Shown here piece after piece: positions 39,673 through 51,320 of a DNA stretch of 64,000 nucleotides. Location of the stretch: NCBI GenBank assembly GCA_963422595.1, contig OY730298.1, positions 244,470-308,469 of the forward strand, read 5' to 3'. The notes beneath the pieces were generated by a model, which was not told the origin of the DNA, did no database searches, and saw nothing but the letters and a program-made list of their open reading frames with translations. The DNA comes from Gammaproteobacteria bacterium (lineage in GTDB: Bacteria > Pseudomonadota > Gammaproteobacteria > UBA4575). Numbering within the stretch: position 1 is the first letter of the stretch; every line of letters begins with the position of its first letter. The translations under genes and the position numbers were made by a program.

Positions 39673-40217
39673 TTAGCAAAAAAATAACTTTTCATGCGTA
39701 AAGGCAATGGCAGTTCATTGGTTAACAGGCGTGCACGCAGGCGCACAATGTAGTGGCCCTCCTGATGCAGACCAGCGGTGTTGGCAATCGGCATCGCTGC
39801 AATCCTGCCCTGATGAAGCAGCGCCGAATCTAAGTCCGGAAAGGTATCATCGACGCCACTATTTAAGTTTCTCCAAATGTATTGTTTGCTTAAGGCGTGA
39901 TATTTGAGTATATGCACGTGCGTGACGCTGGCAATAGTTTTATCCCAGATCCAGTCGCGCAAAAACTTTATTTGTACTTCGACCTGAAACGTCATGGCGA
40001 TACCATTGCCTAAGGCCTCTTTGATTTCGTCGTTTAACTGGTAATTAATTTCCGCATCCAGGCGTAATTGATCTTCAAATTTAACTGCCCTGATGGAATT
40101 CACCGCAAAGTCGTCGTTGGCAATGGCCTGACTTATTAACAGCACGCTGGTGCCAACTATGGCTATCAATTTGCAAAACTCGTGTATGCGCAAGCCGGGT
40201 TCAGATAGTTGCATAGC
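39633..40217 (-). CDS. DUF4390-like periplasmic protein
   Basis: A signal-anchor followed by a beta-rich domain. It sits immediately upstream of and overlapping the ntrY-like gene. This position is occupied by DUF4390 proteins in rsmB-DUF4390-ntrYX arrays. The family call is from memory. The start is probably the internal MQLSEPGL at 40217. Confidence 0.55.
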   Translation of the reverse strand, partial: AMQLSEPGLRIHEFCKLIAIVGTSVLLISQAIANDDFAVNSIRAVKFEDQLRLDAEINYQLNDEIKEALGNGIAMTFQVEVQIKFLRDWIWDKTIASVTHVHILKYHALSKQYIWRNLNSGVDDTFPDLDSALLHQGRIAAMPIANTAGLHQEGHYIVRLRARLLTNELPLPLRMKSYFFAKWRLSTGWHEWPL

Positions 40218-40233
40218 TGGGTCTTTAACGTCG

Positions 40234-41178
40234 CTATTGTTTGCTGCTAAAACGCTGGTCGAGAACGTTACGCGCGTTAATAAAATCTCTCGCGTCAATG
40301 ATTTTGCCGCCAGATAATTGTAATGAGTGCAGACTTATTACGCCCTCGCCAGTAGCGACTTCGATGCTATTTTTGGTGGCCGCGATGATGGTGCCCGGCG
40401 TTCGCTGACTAATGGTGTCGCTTAATGCCGCCTGCCAAACGCGCAGTCGCTTGCCTTGCAGATACGTGTAGGCCACTGGCCAGGCGTTAAAAGCCCGAAT
40501 TTTGCGCTCTATGGTGCGCGCGCTTGCATGCCAGTTTATATTGGCTTCCTGTTTTGTCAGCTTGCTTGCATAAGTGGCGCGACTTGCATCCTGAGGTATT
40601 GGTGTTAATGCGTTATTCTGCAAGTCGTTCAAAATATCAACGATGTGGCTGGCGGATAATTGCGCCAGACGGTCATGCACGCTCAAACCCGTATCCGCGG
40701 CCCGAACGTCGCACGTTGATTGATGCAAAATTGGGCCGGCATCCAGCTCCTTCACCATTTGTATAATGGTGATACCGGTCTGCTTAGCGCCCGCCAGTAG
40801 CGCGCGTTGTATCGGTGCGGCACCGCGCCATTGCGGCAATAACGAGGCATGAACGTTGATGCAGCCTGATTTTGGGGTTTCTAATACCGCCACGGGCAGC
40901 AATAATCCATAGGCACTCACTAACATTACATCGGCGTCAAGTGCCTGTAGGCGCGCGCATTCATCAGTATCAAAAGCGGTGGGCTGAAAGACCGGAATTT
41001 TTGCTTGCAGCGCCAGTCTTTTCACCGCACTGGAGCATAATTTTTGTCCGCGACCTGCGGGACGATCTGGCTGAGTGTACACGGCAATGATTTGATGCCG
41101 ACTGGCCAGTAGTGACTGCAATGCAGCAGTCGCAAACACCGGGGTACCAGCGAAAATAATTTTAAGACCTCGGGACAT
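40234..41178 (-). CDS. fmt: methionyl-tRNA formyltransferase
   Basis: IIFAGTP.FA, HASLLP.WRGAAPIQ, SLHSLQLSGGK. 314 aa. Confidence 0.95.
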   Translation of the reverse strand: MSRGLKIIFAGTPVFATAALQSLLASRHQIIAVYTQPDRPAGRGQKLCSSAVKRLALQAKIPVFQPTAFDTDECARLQALDADVMLVSAYGLLLPVAVLETPKSGCINVHASLLPQWRGAAPIQRALLAGAKQTGITIIQMVKELDAGPILHQSTCDVRAADTGLSVHDRLAQLSASHIVDILNDLQNNALTPIPQDASRATYASKLTKQEANINWHASARTIERKIRAFNAWPVAYTYLQGKRLRVWQAALSDTISQRTPGTIIAATKNSIEVATGEGVISLHSLQLSGGKIIDARDFINARNVLDQRFSSKQ

Positions 41179-41216
41179 AACGTCGCTCGCCAGAGATTTG
41201 GTCAGGGGTCGCGGTT

Positions 41217-41756
41217 TCAGATCAGGCTGGCTGGTGGTGAAACGTGGCTGGAAGCATCCCGACGTCTTTGTTGCTTGAGTAGTTTCTGCTTAATACGCTG
41301 GCGTTTTAATGACGACAGGTAGTCCACAAATAACTTGCCTTGCAGGTGATCAATTTCATGTTGAATGCAAACCGCAAGCAGGCCGTCGGCCGCAACAGTA
41401 ATTCGATTGCCATTTTGGTCCAGGGCTTGTACGGTAATTGTTGCAGCACGCCGCACGGTTTCAAGAAACCCTGGCACCGACAAACAACCCTCCTGCATTT
41501 CCTCGCTACCATCTTTGCTGGTGATTTCAGGGTTGATCAGACAAAGCGGCGCATTTTTTTCTGCCGAGACGTCTATGACGATGATCTGGAGTTGGACATT
41601 TACTTGCGTCGCGGCCAGACCTATGCCCGGAGCGGCATACATGGTCTCATACATGTCATCCACTATGCCTCGAATATGGTCGTCCACCTGCTCAACCGGA
41701 CGCGCCTGTTTGCGCAGTTTGGGGTTGGGGAAGTGTAGAATTTCCAGTAATGCCAT
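41217..41756 (-). CDS. def: peptide deformylase
   Basis: [21 protein letters not shown] motifs. Confidence 0.95.
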   Translation of the reverse strand: MALLEILHFPNPKLRKQARPVEQVDDHIRGIVDDMYETMYAAPGIGLAATQVNVQLQIIVIDVSAEKNAPLCLINPEITSKDGSEEMQEGCLSVPGFLETVRRAATITVQALDQNGNRITVAADGLLAVCIQHEIDHLQGKLFVDYLSSLKRQRIKQKLLKQQRRRDASSHVSPPASLI

Positions 41757-41979
41757 GATGTGATGCGTTTACGGATGGTCCGCGCGCCTTATGAGCATAG
41801 AACTTCCATCGGTATTAAGGGTTTTGATACTCAATAGTGTAACAAAATTCGTCAGCAAGTCCTTGCAGTAGTCGCTGGCGGGACTTTAGCATTCAATCGC
41901 ATCTGTATTAAAACGTAAATATGTTTAGTTTTCGCTTAAATATACCGCTACAATCGTGAAAAACAAATCACCGTAGCTT

Positions 41980-43110
41980 ATGCCCCAAGCCGAAGAATGG
42001 TCAGCACTCGTCAACGTGGATCAACTTGGGCCTGTAACATTTCAAAAATTGTTGGGCCGGTTCGGTTCGCCGGCAGATATTTTGCGCGCGCAGCGCAGCG
42101 AACTGCAAACCGCAGGCATCTCAGAGCGAGTCATTGACGGGATTCTGGCCCCGAATGAAACCGCCATTGCGCGAGATATGGAGTGGCTGCAACACGATTT
42201 GCATCACCTGGTTACTATACAAGACGCCAGCTACCCGCAGTTGTTGCGACAAATTTCAAATCCTCCAATGGTGTTGTATGCTCATGGGGAAGCACAATTG
42301 CTTACGCGATTATTGTCTGATCCGCAACTGGCAATTATCGGTAGCCGTAACGCCAGTGCCAATGGCACTGAGATGGCCACCGTGTTCGCACGAAAACTTG
42401 CTCAGGCGGGACTGGTAATTACCAGCGGATTAGCCAGTGGTATAGATGGTGCCGCACATCGCGGCGCGTTACAAGCGGAGCTTGGGAAAACCATCGCGGT
42501 AGCGGCATGCGGGCTTGATCGCGTCTATCCCGCGAAGCATCGGGAATTAGCAGAGCAAATTGTGCAACGCGGTGTAATCATTTCCGAGTTCCCGATCGGC
42601 AGGCTTCCAAAGCCGGGGCATTTCCCACGCCGCAATCGTATTATCAGCGGCTTGAGTCTGGGCGTGCTGGTAGTTGAGGCTTCAGTTAAAAGTGGTTCAT
42701 TAACCAGCGCACGTATGGCCGGCGAACAAGGCCGTGAAGTGTTTGCGGTACCAGGTTCCATACATAACCCGCTGGCAAAAGGTTGTCATATGCTGATACG
42801 TAATGGCGCCAAATTAGTGGAAACGGTGGGAGATATTTTAGAGGAATTCAAAAATCATATTGATGCCGATGAGGCATTGACTACTGTAGATGCGATTGAC
42901 GTCAATGCGGTAACCGGCGAGCCCGCTGACGACCCTGAGCATGAAAAGATTTTACATAGCATGGGCTACGAACCTATAAGCATTGATAATTTGGTTGAGC
43001 GTTGCGGACTGAGGGTGGACGTGGTGTCTTCCAGCCTGTTGATTATGGAGCTTAGCGGGCAGGTTTCTCATAACGGCAATGGTGTGTACGTGCGTGCTTA
43101 TAAGGCCTGA
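41980..43110 (+). CDS. dprA: DNA-processing protein A (DprA/Smf)
   Basis: Rossmann-like DprA core (GSRNAS, ITSGLASGIDGAAHRGAL, ISGLSLGVLVVEA). Divergent from def, as in E. coli. Confidence 0.9.
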   Translation: MPQAEEWSALVNVDQLGPVTFQKLLGRFGSPADILRAQRSELQTAGISERVIDGILAPNETAIARDMEWLQHDLHHLVTIQDASYPQLLRQISNPPMVLYAHGEAQLLTRLLSDPQLAIIGSRNASANGTEMATVFARKLAQAGLVITSGLASGIDGAAHRGALQAELGKTIAVAACGLDRVYPAKHRELAEQIVQRGVIISEFPIGRLPKPGHFPRRNRIISGLSLGVLVVEASVKSGSLTSARMAGEQGREVFAVPGSIHNPLAKGCHMLIRNGAKLVETVGDILEEFKNHIDADEALTTVDAIDVNAVTGEPADDPEHEKILHSMGYEPISIDNLVERCGLRVDVVSSSLLIMELSGQVSHNGNGVYVRAYKA

Positions 43111-43318
43111 CGTGAGAACGTCAGCCACTTGAGCAAGGCGTGTATGAAGGGCGCAAAATTCCAACATTTTGCCTTGGCTGGTAAAAACGGCACTCGAATA
43201 AGCATTTACAAAACAATAATAAACGGGTATTAGTTCGCCGCGAGGAATTTTCCTGAACATAATGGTAATGGTTTTTCAGCACTCGTCACCATTCTAACTA
43301 TTTTATTGCAGTCTGCGC

Positions 43319-45688
43319 ATGAGTAAAAATCTGGTTATCGTAGAGTCGCCGGCCAAGGCCAGGACGATTGAAAAATATCTTGGGAAAAATTTTGGCGTGC
43401 TGGCTTCTTATGGGCATGTGCGGGATTTGATTCCTAAAGAAGGCGCGGTGGACCCAAACAATGACTTCGAGATGAGGTATGAAGTACTCGCAAAGAACGC
43501 AAGGCATGTAACGACCATCTCCAGGGCGTTAAATAATTCTATTGCACTCTATCTTGCCACCGACCCGGATCGTGAAGGTGAGGCCATTGCATGGCATCTT
43601 TATGAATTGCTTAAAGAGCGTGGATTATTGGCAAATAAAGAGGTCTACCGCATAATATTCCACGAGGTCACCCAGCGCGCGGTGCGCGACGCACTGCAAA
43701 ATCCGCGCAAACTCTCCAGCGACTTAGTCAACGCACAACAGGCACGCCGCGCCCTGGATTATCTTGTAGGCTTCAATTTATCTCCACTGCTTTGGAAAAA
43801 AATTAAACGTGGCCTTTCCGCTGGTCGCGTACAAAGTCCGGCCTTGCGCCTGATTTGTGAGCGTGAAAATGAAATTGAAAAGTTTGTAGCTAAAGAATAT
43901 TGGACGATTGCAGCAGATTGCGAAGCGGATAAGCAGGAATTCCTTGCCCGGCTATATATCTATAATCATATAAAGCTCACACAATTCGATATCAACAATG
44001 AAACAGACGCCACTACTGCTAAACGATTGCTGGACCAAAATGCCAACGGCAAACTAACCGTTAACGGCGTCGACAAAAAGGCACGCAGGCGTAATCCTGC
44101 GCCACCATTTACAACCTCGACTTTACAACAAGAGGCGGTGCGTAAACTGCGGTTCTCCGCCCAGCAAACTATGCGGGTAGCACAGCAGTTGTACGAAGGT
44201 ATTGATCTGGGAAATGGAGCAGTAGGCTTAATTACTTATATGCGTACTGATTCGGTAACGCTGGCGCAAGTGGCACTGTATGAGTTACGCGAGTTTATTG
44301 AACAAAGATATGGAAAAGACAACCTGCCAGGGAAAGCACGCATCTTCACAACCAAGTCCAAAAACGCGCAAGAGGCGCATGAGGCAATCCGGCCAACGTC
44401 CTTTATGCGCGTGCCGGATGAGATCAAAAAATTTTTAACCGCTGATCAACGCAAACTTTATACTCTGATATGGAAACGCGCGGTCGCCAGCCAGATGCTG
44501 CACGCCACGTTGGATTTAGTTGCCATACAGCTTGGTTGCGGAGAAGGTAACGTGTTTCGCGCGACTGGCTCCTCTATACGCAACCCTGGTTTTATGCGGG
44601 TCTACCAGGAAGGGCAGGATGACAATAGAGTGGAAGCGGATGAACGCACGTTGCCCAATGTAGAAATTGGTGAAGTAGTTACGCTTAACGAGATACGGGC
44701 CGAACAACATTTTACCGAGCCGCCGCCACGTTTCACCGAAGCCAGTATTGTCAAAACCCTGGAAGAATATGGTATTGGCAGACCCTCAACCTACGCCAGT
44801 ATTATTTCAACTTTGCAAAATCGCGAATACGCCAAGATTGAAAGCCGCCGCTTTACCCCGACCGAAACCGGCAGGCTGGTAAATGATTTTCTCACCGCAC
44901 ACTTCACTCAATACGTTGACTACGGATTTACCGCACGTCTTGAGGATGATCTGGATAAAATCTCGCGCGGCGAAACAAAATGGGTGCCAATTTTACGCGC
45001 CTTCTGGAAGCCATTTAATGATTTAGTCGTCAGCAAAGAAAAAACCGTTACGCGTGAAGAGGCGGTACAGGCGCGCGAGCTTGGGGTGGATGCGGGATCT
45101 GGCAGGCCGGTCAGTGTGCGTATGGGACGCTATGGACCGTTTGTGCAAATCGGTATGAAAAGCGATGAGGAAAAGCCCAGGTTTGCGGGACTTCGTCCAC
45201 ATCAAAAAATGGCCGATGTTACTTTTGAAGAGGCCATGGAGTTATTTAAGTTGCCACGTGAACTTGGTGAAACCGCGCAAGGTGATGCCGTACAGGCAAA
45301 TATCGGGCGGTTTGGCCCCTATGTGAAATACGGCAATAAATACGTGTCGCTTAGAAATGATGATCCTTATACTATTACCTTAGCGCGCGCATTAGAGATT
45401 GTTGACCAAAAAAAGGTTGAGGACGCGAATAAAATAATCAAGGTTTTTGCCGGACAAAGCATACAGATCCTGAATGGGCGTTATGGCCCCTACGTCACGG
45501 ATGGCAGCAAAAACGTAAAGATTCCTAATAAGCGAAAACCCGCCGACCTTACCTTGGCGGAGTGTCGGCAAATGATTGCCAAGGCACCGGACAAGAAAAG
45601 CTGGAACAAACGCAAAACGGCTGTAAAGGCAACTAAAGGCAAAACAGCAACTAAAAGAACCCGAAAATCCGCAAACGTAAAACCATAA
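43319..45688 (+). CDS. topA: DNA topoisomerase I
   Basis: 789 aa with a TOPRIM domain (LVIVESPAKAR), the active-site Tyr region (GLITYMRTDS) and a Lys-rich C-terminal tail. Confidence 0.97.
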   Translation: MSKNLVIVESPAKARTIEKYLGKNFGVLASYGHVRDLIPKEGAVDPNNDFEMRYEVLAKNARHVTTISRALNNSIALYLATDPDREGEAIAWHLYELLKERGLLANKEVYRIIFHEVTQRAVRDALQNPRKLSSDLVNAQQARRALDYLVGFNLSPLLWKKIKRGLSAGRVQSPALRLICERENEIEKFVAKEYWTIAADCEADKQEFLARLYIYNHIKLTQFDINNETDATTAKRLLDQNANGKLTVNGVDKKARRRNPAPPFTTSTLQQEAVRKLRFSAQQTMRVAQQLYEGIDLGNGAVGLITYMRTDSVTLAQVALYELREFIEQRYGKDNLPGKARIFTTKSKNAQEAHEAIRPTSFMRVPDEIKKFLTADQRKLYTLIWKRAVASQMLHATLDLVAIQLGCGEGNVFRATGSSIRNPGFMRVYQEGQDDNRVEADERTLPNVEIGEVVTLNEIRAEQHFTEPPPRFTEASIVKTLEEYGIGRPSTYASIISTLQNREYAKIESRRFTPTETGRLVNDFLTAHFTQYVDYGFTARLEDDLDKISRGETKWVPILRAFWKPFNDLVVSKEKTVTREEAVQARELGVDAGSGRPVSVRMGRYGPFVQIGMKSDEEKPRFAGLRPHQKMADVTFEEAMELFKLPRELGETAQGDAVQANIGRFGPYVKYGNKYVSLRNDDPYTITLARALEIVDQKKVEDANKIIKVFAGQSIQILNGRYGPYVTDGSKNVKIPNKRKPADLTLAECRQMIAKAPDKKSWNKRKTAVKATKGKTATKRTRKSANVKP

Positions 45689-45724
45689 ATCCTGATCACA
45701 TCCTGAAGCTATCAATATCTCTGC

Positions 45725-46285
45725 ATGGTGTTGGCTAACCAACTTTCTCAAGCCGCGGCAATAATTCAACAGGGTGGCGTAATCGCTTATTCCACTGACA
45801 CGATATTGGGCTTAGGCTGTGATCCGCAAAACCGCACCGCAGTGGAAAGAGTGCTGTGGTTAAAACAGCGTGGGGTGGAAAAAGGCCTTATTTTACTGAT
45901 GGAGGACCCGGCTGTTGTAGAACAATATTCACAACCCTTGTCAAATCAACAGTATGCGGAAATTTCATCGCCTGTGTCGCAATTACCGGTAACCTGGCTG
46001 CTACCAGCGCAGCATGCAGCACCTGACTGGATTACCGGGGGACAAGACCGCGTCGCCCTGCGCATTACTTCACACCCTATAGCACGCGGGTTGTGTGCCC
46101 GGCTGGGCGCCATCGTGTCTACCAGTGCCAATTTTTCCAATTATCCCGTTGCCACCGATGCACGGCAAATAAGAACGTGGTTTGGCCCACACTTAGACTA
46201 TGTAATCATCGGGGCATCGGGTACCGGAGCACCAAGCGAAATTCGGGATCTGCGCAGTGGCAGGATATTGCGTAAAAATGTATAA
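45725..46285 (+). CDS. tsaC: L-threonylcarbamoyladenylate synthase (TsaC/YrdC)
   Basis: 186 aa YrdC fold (GGVIAYSTDTILGLGCD, LWLKQR, ILLMEDP). Confidence 0.85.
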   Translation: MVLANQLSQAAAIIQQGGVIAYSTDTILGLGCDPQNRTAVERVLWLKQRGVEKGLILLMEDPAVVEQYSQPLSNQQYAEISSPVSQLPVTWLLPAQHAAPDWITGGQDRVALRITSHPIARGLCARLGAIVSTSANFSNYPVATDARQIRTWFGPHLDYVIIGASGTGAPSEIRDLRSGRILRKNV

Positions 46286-47200
46286 ATGAGTATGCTGCCA
46301 AAAATCGACGATGTGTTGAGCTATTTGCGTGCCTTGCAAGATCGAAGTTGCCGCTTGCTGGAAGCAGTCGATAATGTTGTTGAATTTCGCGAAGACGTCT
46401 GGCAACGCCGGCAAGGCGGTGGTGGCAGAACTCGTATCATGCGCGATGGCGGCATATTTGAACAGGCTGGAGTAGGTTTTTCTCACGTATATGGTAACCA
46501 GCTGCCGCCTTCCGCAACCAGCCAGCGCCCGCAACTTGTGGGGCGTAACTTCCAGGCGACGGGGGTGTCTCTGGTTATTCATCCGCGTAATCCTTTCGTG
46601 CCCACGGCGCATTGTAACGTGCGTTTTTTCATGGCCGAAAAAGCCAACCAACCGGCAGTATGGTGGTTTGGTGGCGGTTTTGATCTCACGCCTTATTATG
46701 GATTTGAGGAAGACGCCATATTCTGGCATCAGGTTGCCAAACGGGCTTGTGACGTGGTGGATGAAAACTTATATCCAAAGTTAAAGCAGTGGTGTGATGA
46801 ATACTTTTTTATCAGGCATCGTAATGAGGCTCGTGGTATTGGAGGGTTGTTTTTCGATGACTACAATAGCGAAGATTTTGCCACCAGTTTTGAATTACTG
46901 AAAAGCGTGGGAGATCATTTTTTACAGGCTTATCTGCCAATCGTAAAACGACGCAAAGACCACGCATTTACCGCGCGCGAACGTGAGTTTCAATTATATC
47001 GTCGCGGCCGTTACGTTGAATTTAACCTGGTTTATGATCGCGGCACTTTGTTTGGCTTACAATCGGGGGGACGTGCGGAATCAATATTGATGTCACTGCC
47101 TCCACAAGTTCGTTGGGAATATGATTGGCGGCCGCAAGCTGGAAGCGCTGAAGAAGAATTGTACCGGAAATATCTGCCGGCGCGTGATTGGTTGGCGTAA
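46286..47200 (+). CDS. hemF: oxygen-dependent coproporphyrinogen-III oxidase
   Basis: 304 aa with the conserved HemF core ([41 protein letters not shown]). Confidence 0.95.
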   Translation: MSMLPKIDDVLSYLRALQDRSCRLLEAVDNVVEFREDVWQRRQGGGGRTRIMRDGGIFEQAGVGFSHVYGNQLPPSATSQRPQLVGRNFQATGVSLVIHPRNPFVPTAHCNVRFFMAEKANQPAVWWFGGGFDLTPYYGFEEDAIFWHQVAKRACDVVDENLYPKLKQWCDEYFFIRHRNEARGIGGLFFDDYNSEDFATSFELLKSVGDHFLQAYLPIVKRRKDHAFTAREREFQLYRRGRYVEFNLVYDRGTLFGLQSGGRAESILMSLPPQVRWEYDWRPQAGSAEEELYRKYLPARDWLA

Positions 47201-47258
47201 CGGCGGGCATCAATGGCCGTCAGTTCCAGTAAGCGAGCGCTCCTATGCACGGTATTAA

Positions 47259-48311
<1,053 letters not shown>

Positions 48312-48442
48312 ACCTGATGATATAAAATATAATCTATCTGCATTCGCTTTCCACTAAAGTGCCTCAATTTTGAAACGCGCAGTCAACCCATGCAGGTACA
48401 GGCCCCGTGCCGACCCGACAATTATGGAAGTATGAAAATCTT

Positions 48443-49282
48443 ATGTTGCAAAATGATGAAGCGGATCGATACGCGGTCATAGGCAATCCTGTCGCGCATA
48501 GTAAGTCACCTGAAATTCACTCTATATTCGCCGAACAAACTGGCGAAAACACGTCTTACGAAAAAATATTAGCTGAAAAACATGGCTTTACACGGTCTGC
48601 CAGACAATTTTTTAATGCCGGTGGTAAAGGCTTAAACGTGACCTTGCCATTTAAGACGGACGCCTGTGAATTCGTTGACCGACTTACGGACGTTGCAGGC
48701 CGTGCCGGTGCCGTGAACACTATCATGCGCCAAAGAGACGGCAGTTATCTGGGCACTAATACTGATGGTATTGGCTTATTACGCGATTTGAAAAAGACCT
48801 TAAGTCTACAGTTGTCAGGCCAAAAAATCCTGATAATAGGGGCTGGTGGCGCAGTACAGGGAATTGTGGAACCGCTGCTGAATGAGCAACCTGACGAGAT
48901 CCTGATCGCCAATCGCACGTTGCATAAAGCGGTGGCGATCGCAAAGAATTTTCATAGTATTGGCAAGGTGCGAAGCTGTAGCTTAGACCAAATTCCGCTT
49001 AAGCGTTATGACCTCATTGTGCATGCCACTTCGGCGTCACTACAGGATGGCGCGCTAACGCTGCCACCCGACATTGTCGGCTCACAAACCTGTTGTTATG
49101 ATCTTTTGTATAGTGACGCAGACACCGTATTTATGCGATGGGCGAAGCACCGCGGTGCTGCAAACGTGGTAGATGGGTTCGGCATGTTGCTGGAACAGGC
49201 GGCAGAATCTTTCTATTTGTGGCGGGGGAAACGCCCGGATACCGTTATGGCGTATAATTATCTACGCCCCAAATGTGTTTGA
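48443..49282 (+). CDS. aroE: shikimate dehydrogenase
   Basis: YAVIGNPVAHSKSP..., GLNVT.PFK, IIGAGGA. The probable start is ATG 48443. Confidence 0.9.
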   Translation: MLQNDEADRYAVIGNPVAHSKSPEIHSIFAEQTGENTSYEKILAEKHGFTRSARQFFNAGGKGLNVTLPFKTDACEFVDRLTDVAGRAGAVNTIMRQRDGSYLGTNTDGIGLLRDLKKTLSLQLSGQKILIIGAGGAVQGIVEPLLNEQPDEILIANRTLHKAVAIAKNFHSIGKVRSCSLDQIPLKRYDLIVHATSASLQDGALTLPPDIVGSQTCCYDLLYSDADTVFMRWAKHRGAANVVDGFGMLLEQAAESFYLWRGKRPDTVMAYNYLRPKCV

Positions 49283-50181
49283 TGATACACGCTTTTAAAT
49301 CTCCACACGCGGGTTTTTCAGGTCGGTTGATTGCGTATGCGCAGTTGATACGTTTGGATAAGCCGGCAGGCATTTTTCTGCTTCTCTGGCCTACCCTGTG
49401 GGCCTTGTTTATTGCTGCCCAGGGTATGCCTGACGTGCGCCTGTTAATAGTGTTTATCTGCGGTGTGGTTTTGATGCGCGGCGCGGGCTGCGCTATTAAC
49501 GATTACGCGGATCGTGACATTGACTCTTTTGTAGCACGTACACAGCAACGACCGCTCGCGCGTGGTGCCATTCGGCCAGGCGAGGCGTTGGTGGTTTTTG
49601 CAGTGCTCTTACTTACCGCCGCGCTGCTGGTACTGCTGTTTTTGAACCGTCTGACTTTATATTTTGCCATAGGCGCTGCCTTGCTCGCGGCCAGTTACCC
49701 TTTTATGAAGCGGTTACATTTTTTACCGCAGGTACACTTGGGTGTGGCATTCGCGTGCTCCGTTCTCATGGCGTTTACGGCGGTACACAATGCCTACCCA
49801 CCGCCGCTTGCGTGGTTAATATTTGCCTGCGCGGTACTCTGGACGACCGCATACGATACTATGTATGCCATGACGGATCGTCATGAAGACGTAAAGATCG
49901 GGGTAAAATCAACGGCAATTTTATTCGCGTCTCTGGATAAATTTATGGTTGGATGTATGCAGTTACTGGTTATCGTTTGTCTGGTTTTAATTGGTATACG
50001 TGCAGATATGAATCAGGTCTATTATGTCGCGGTGTGTATAGGCCTCGGTTTATTCATATACCAGCAAATGCTCATTAAGCACCGTCTTCCTGATAGATGT
50101 TTCCAGGCCTTTTTGAATAACCAATATTTTGGCCTGGTAATCTTTATTGGCGTCCTCGCGCATTATTGGATGGACGGCTAA
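49282..50181 (+). CDS. ubiA: 4-hydroxybenzoate octaprenyltransferase
   Basis: UbiA prenyltransferase motifs (NDYADRDID, D..YAMTD). The ATG at 49282 overlaps the aroE stop (TGATG); an alternative ATG lies at 49273. Confidence 0.9.
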   Translation: MIHAFKSPHAGFSGRLIAYAQLIRLDKPAGIFLLLWPTLWALFIAAQGMPDVRLLIVFICGVVLMRGAGCAINDYADRDIDSFVARTQQRPLARGAIRPGEALVVFAVLLLTAALLVLLFLNRLTLYFAIGAALLAASYPFMKRLHFLPQVHLGVAFACSVLMAFTAVHNAYPPPLAWLIFACAVLWTTAYDTMYAMTDRHEDVKIGVKSTAILFASLDKFMVGCMQLLVIVCLVLIGIRADMNQVYYVAVCIGLGLFIYQQMLIKHRLPDRCFQAFLNNQYFGLVIFIGVLAHYWMDG

Positions 50182-50230
50182 GGGAGCGACGATCGTTATT
50201 CCTTACACATCCGACACGAGGCTTTTGTGT

Positions 50231-50380
50231 GGACAGGCACGGAGGGCTTGTTCCTACGAGCAACAGGTAAAGAAGAATATAAACATGGATGTACAGGACA
50301 ATTAAGAATCAGGAAATAGTAAAGAGCAGGATTAAGTAAGATTCAGGGTTTGATTATCCTGTTCACCCGGTTCATCCATG
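50231..50380. repeat. intergenic repeat element copy A (hairpin module plus catggatgtacagga module and its inverted partner), downstream of ubiA and purC
   Basis: GGACAGGCACGGAGGGCTTGTTCCTACGAGCAACAGGTAAA (50231-50271); CATGGATGTACAGGACAATT (50284-50303); inverted partner GATTATCCTGTTCACCCGGTTCATCCATG (50352-50380). Confidence 0.7.
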
Positions 50381-50410
50381 TATATTAATAAGCCGGTGGC
50401 GGCAGTGGCA

Positions 50411-51295
50411 CTAAACCGTTTCTCCAGTCAAAAGCGTGCAGGCCTCCAGATATTTTTTGCTCGTGTTTTGAATTATTTTGTGCGGTAATTTCGGGCCCGG
50501 CGGCTTTTTATCCCAATCCAGTGTTTCCAGATAGTCACGCACGTATTGTTTGTCAAAACTTTTTGGATTGATGCCCGGCATATAAGACTGTTGTGACCAA
50601 AAGCGTGAGGAATCCGGGGTTAAAACCTCATCAATCAGAGTAATGCCTTCATTTTCATCTATACCAAATTCAAATTTAGTGTCGGCAATGATGATGCCGC
50701 GCGTTAAGGCATACGCGGCCGCTTCGGTGTATATCTGCATGCTGATGTCGCGAACCGACTCGGCAACTTGCTTGCCAACCAACTTTACAATCTCATTGAA
50801 ATTTATATTTACGTCATGACTACCAGCTTTTGCTTTAGTGGATGGAGTGAATATTGGATGGTCAAGCCGCTGCGCTAGTTGCAGGCCCTTGGGAAGCCCT
50901 ACCCCGCAGATCGAGCCGCTGTTTTGATATTCCTTCCAGCCAGACCCGATTATGTGGCCGCGCACGATTGCCTCAAAAGGTAATGCCTGTAGTTTGCGCA
51001 CGATGACGCTGCGACCCTGTAACATTTGACGTTCCTGTGTATCACTGATGATTTCTTCAACAGATATGCCGCTGAGATGATTGTTGACTTTGTTCAGGAG
51101 ACGTTGAAACCAAAAATTGGAAACCTTCGTAAGTACCATGCCTTTTTTGGGGATGGGGTCAGGCAGCACTACGTCAAATGCGGAAATCCGATCAGTAGTA
51201 ACTATGAGTAAATGTTGCGAGTCGACTTCATAGAGGTCCCGAACTTTGCCCTGGTAAAGCCTGCGGAGAGAATTTAGCCCGGATTCAAATAACAT
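50411..51295 (-). CDS. purC: phosphoribosylaminoimidazole-succinocarboxamide synthase (long form)
   Basis: 294 aa SAICAR synthetase (GKVRDLYEVD, TDRISAFD, IIADTKFEFG). Confidence 0.95.
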   Translation of the reverse strand: MLFESGLNSLRRLYQGKVRDLYEVDSQHLLIVTTDRISAFDVVLPDPIPKKGMVLTKVSNFWFQRLLNKVNNHLSGISVEEIISDTQERQMLQGRSVIVRKLQALPFEAIVRGHIIGSGWKEYQNSGSICGVGLPKGLQLAQRLDHPIFTPSTKAKAGSHDVNINFNEIVKLVGKQVAESVRDISMQIYTEAAAYALTRGIIIADTKFEFGIDENEGITLIDEVLTPDSSRFWSQQSYMPGINPKSFDKQYVRDYLETLDWDKKPPGPKLPHKIIQNTSKKYLEACTLLTGETV

Positions 51296-51320
51296 GATTG
51301 ATTTTAGAACAGATTATGTA

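Noticed and set aside
43111-43318. 19-codon mini-ORF (MKGAKFQHFALAGKNGTRI) between dprA and topA, in the position of the enterobacterial smg gene.
   Set aside because: Far too short to be Smg (about 157 aa) and has no Shine-Dalgarno sequence. It is probably just the topA promoter region.
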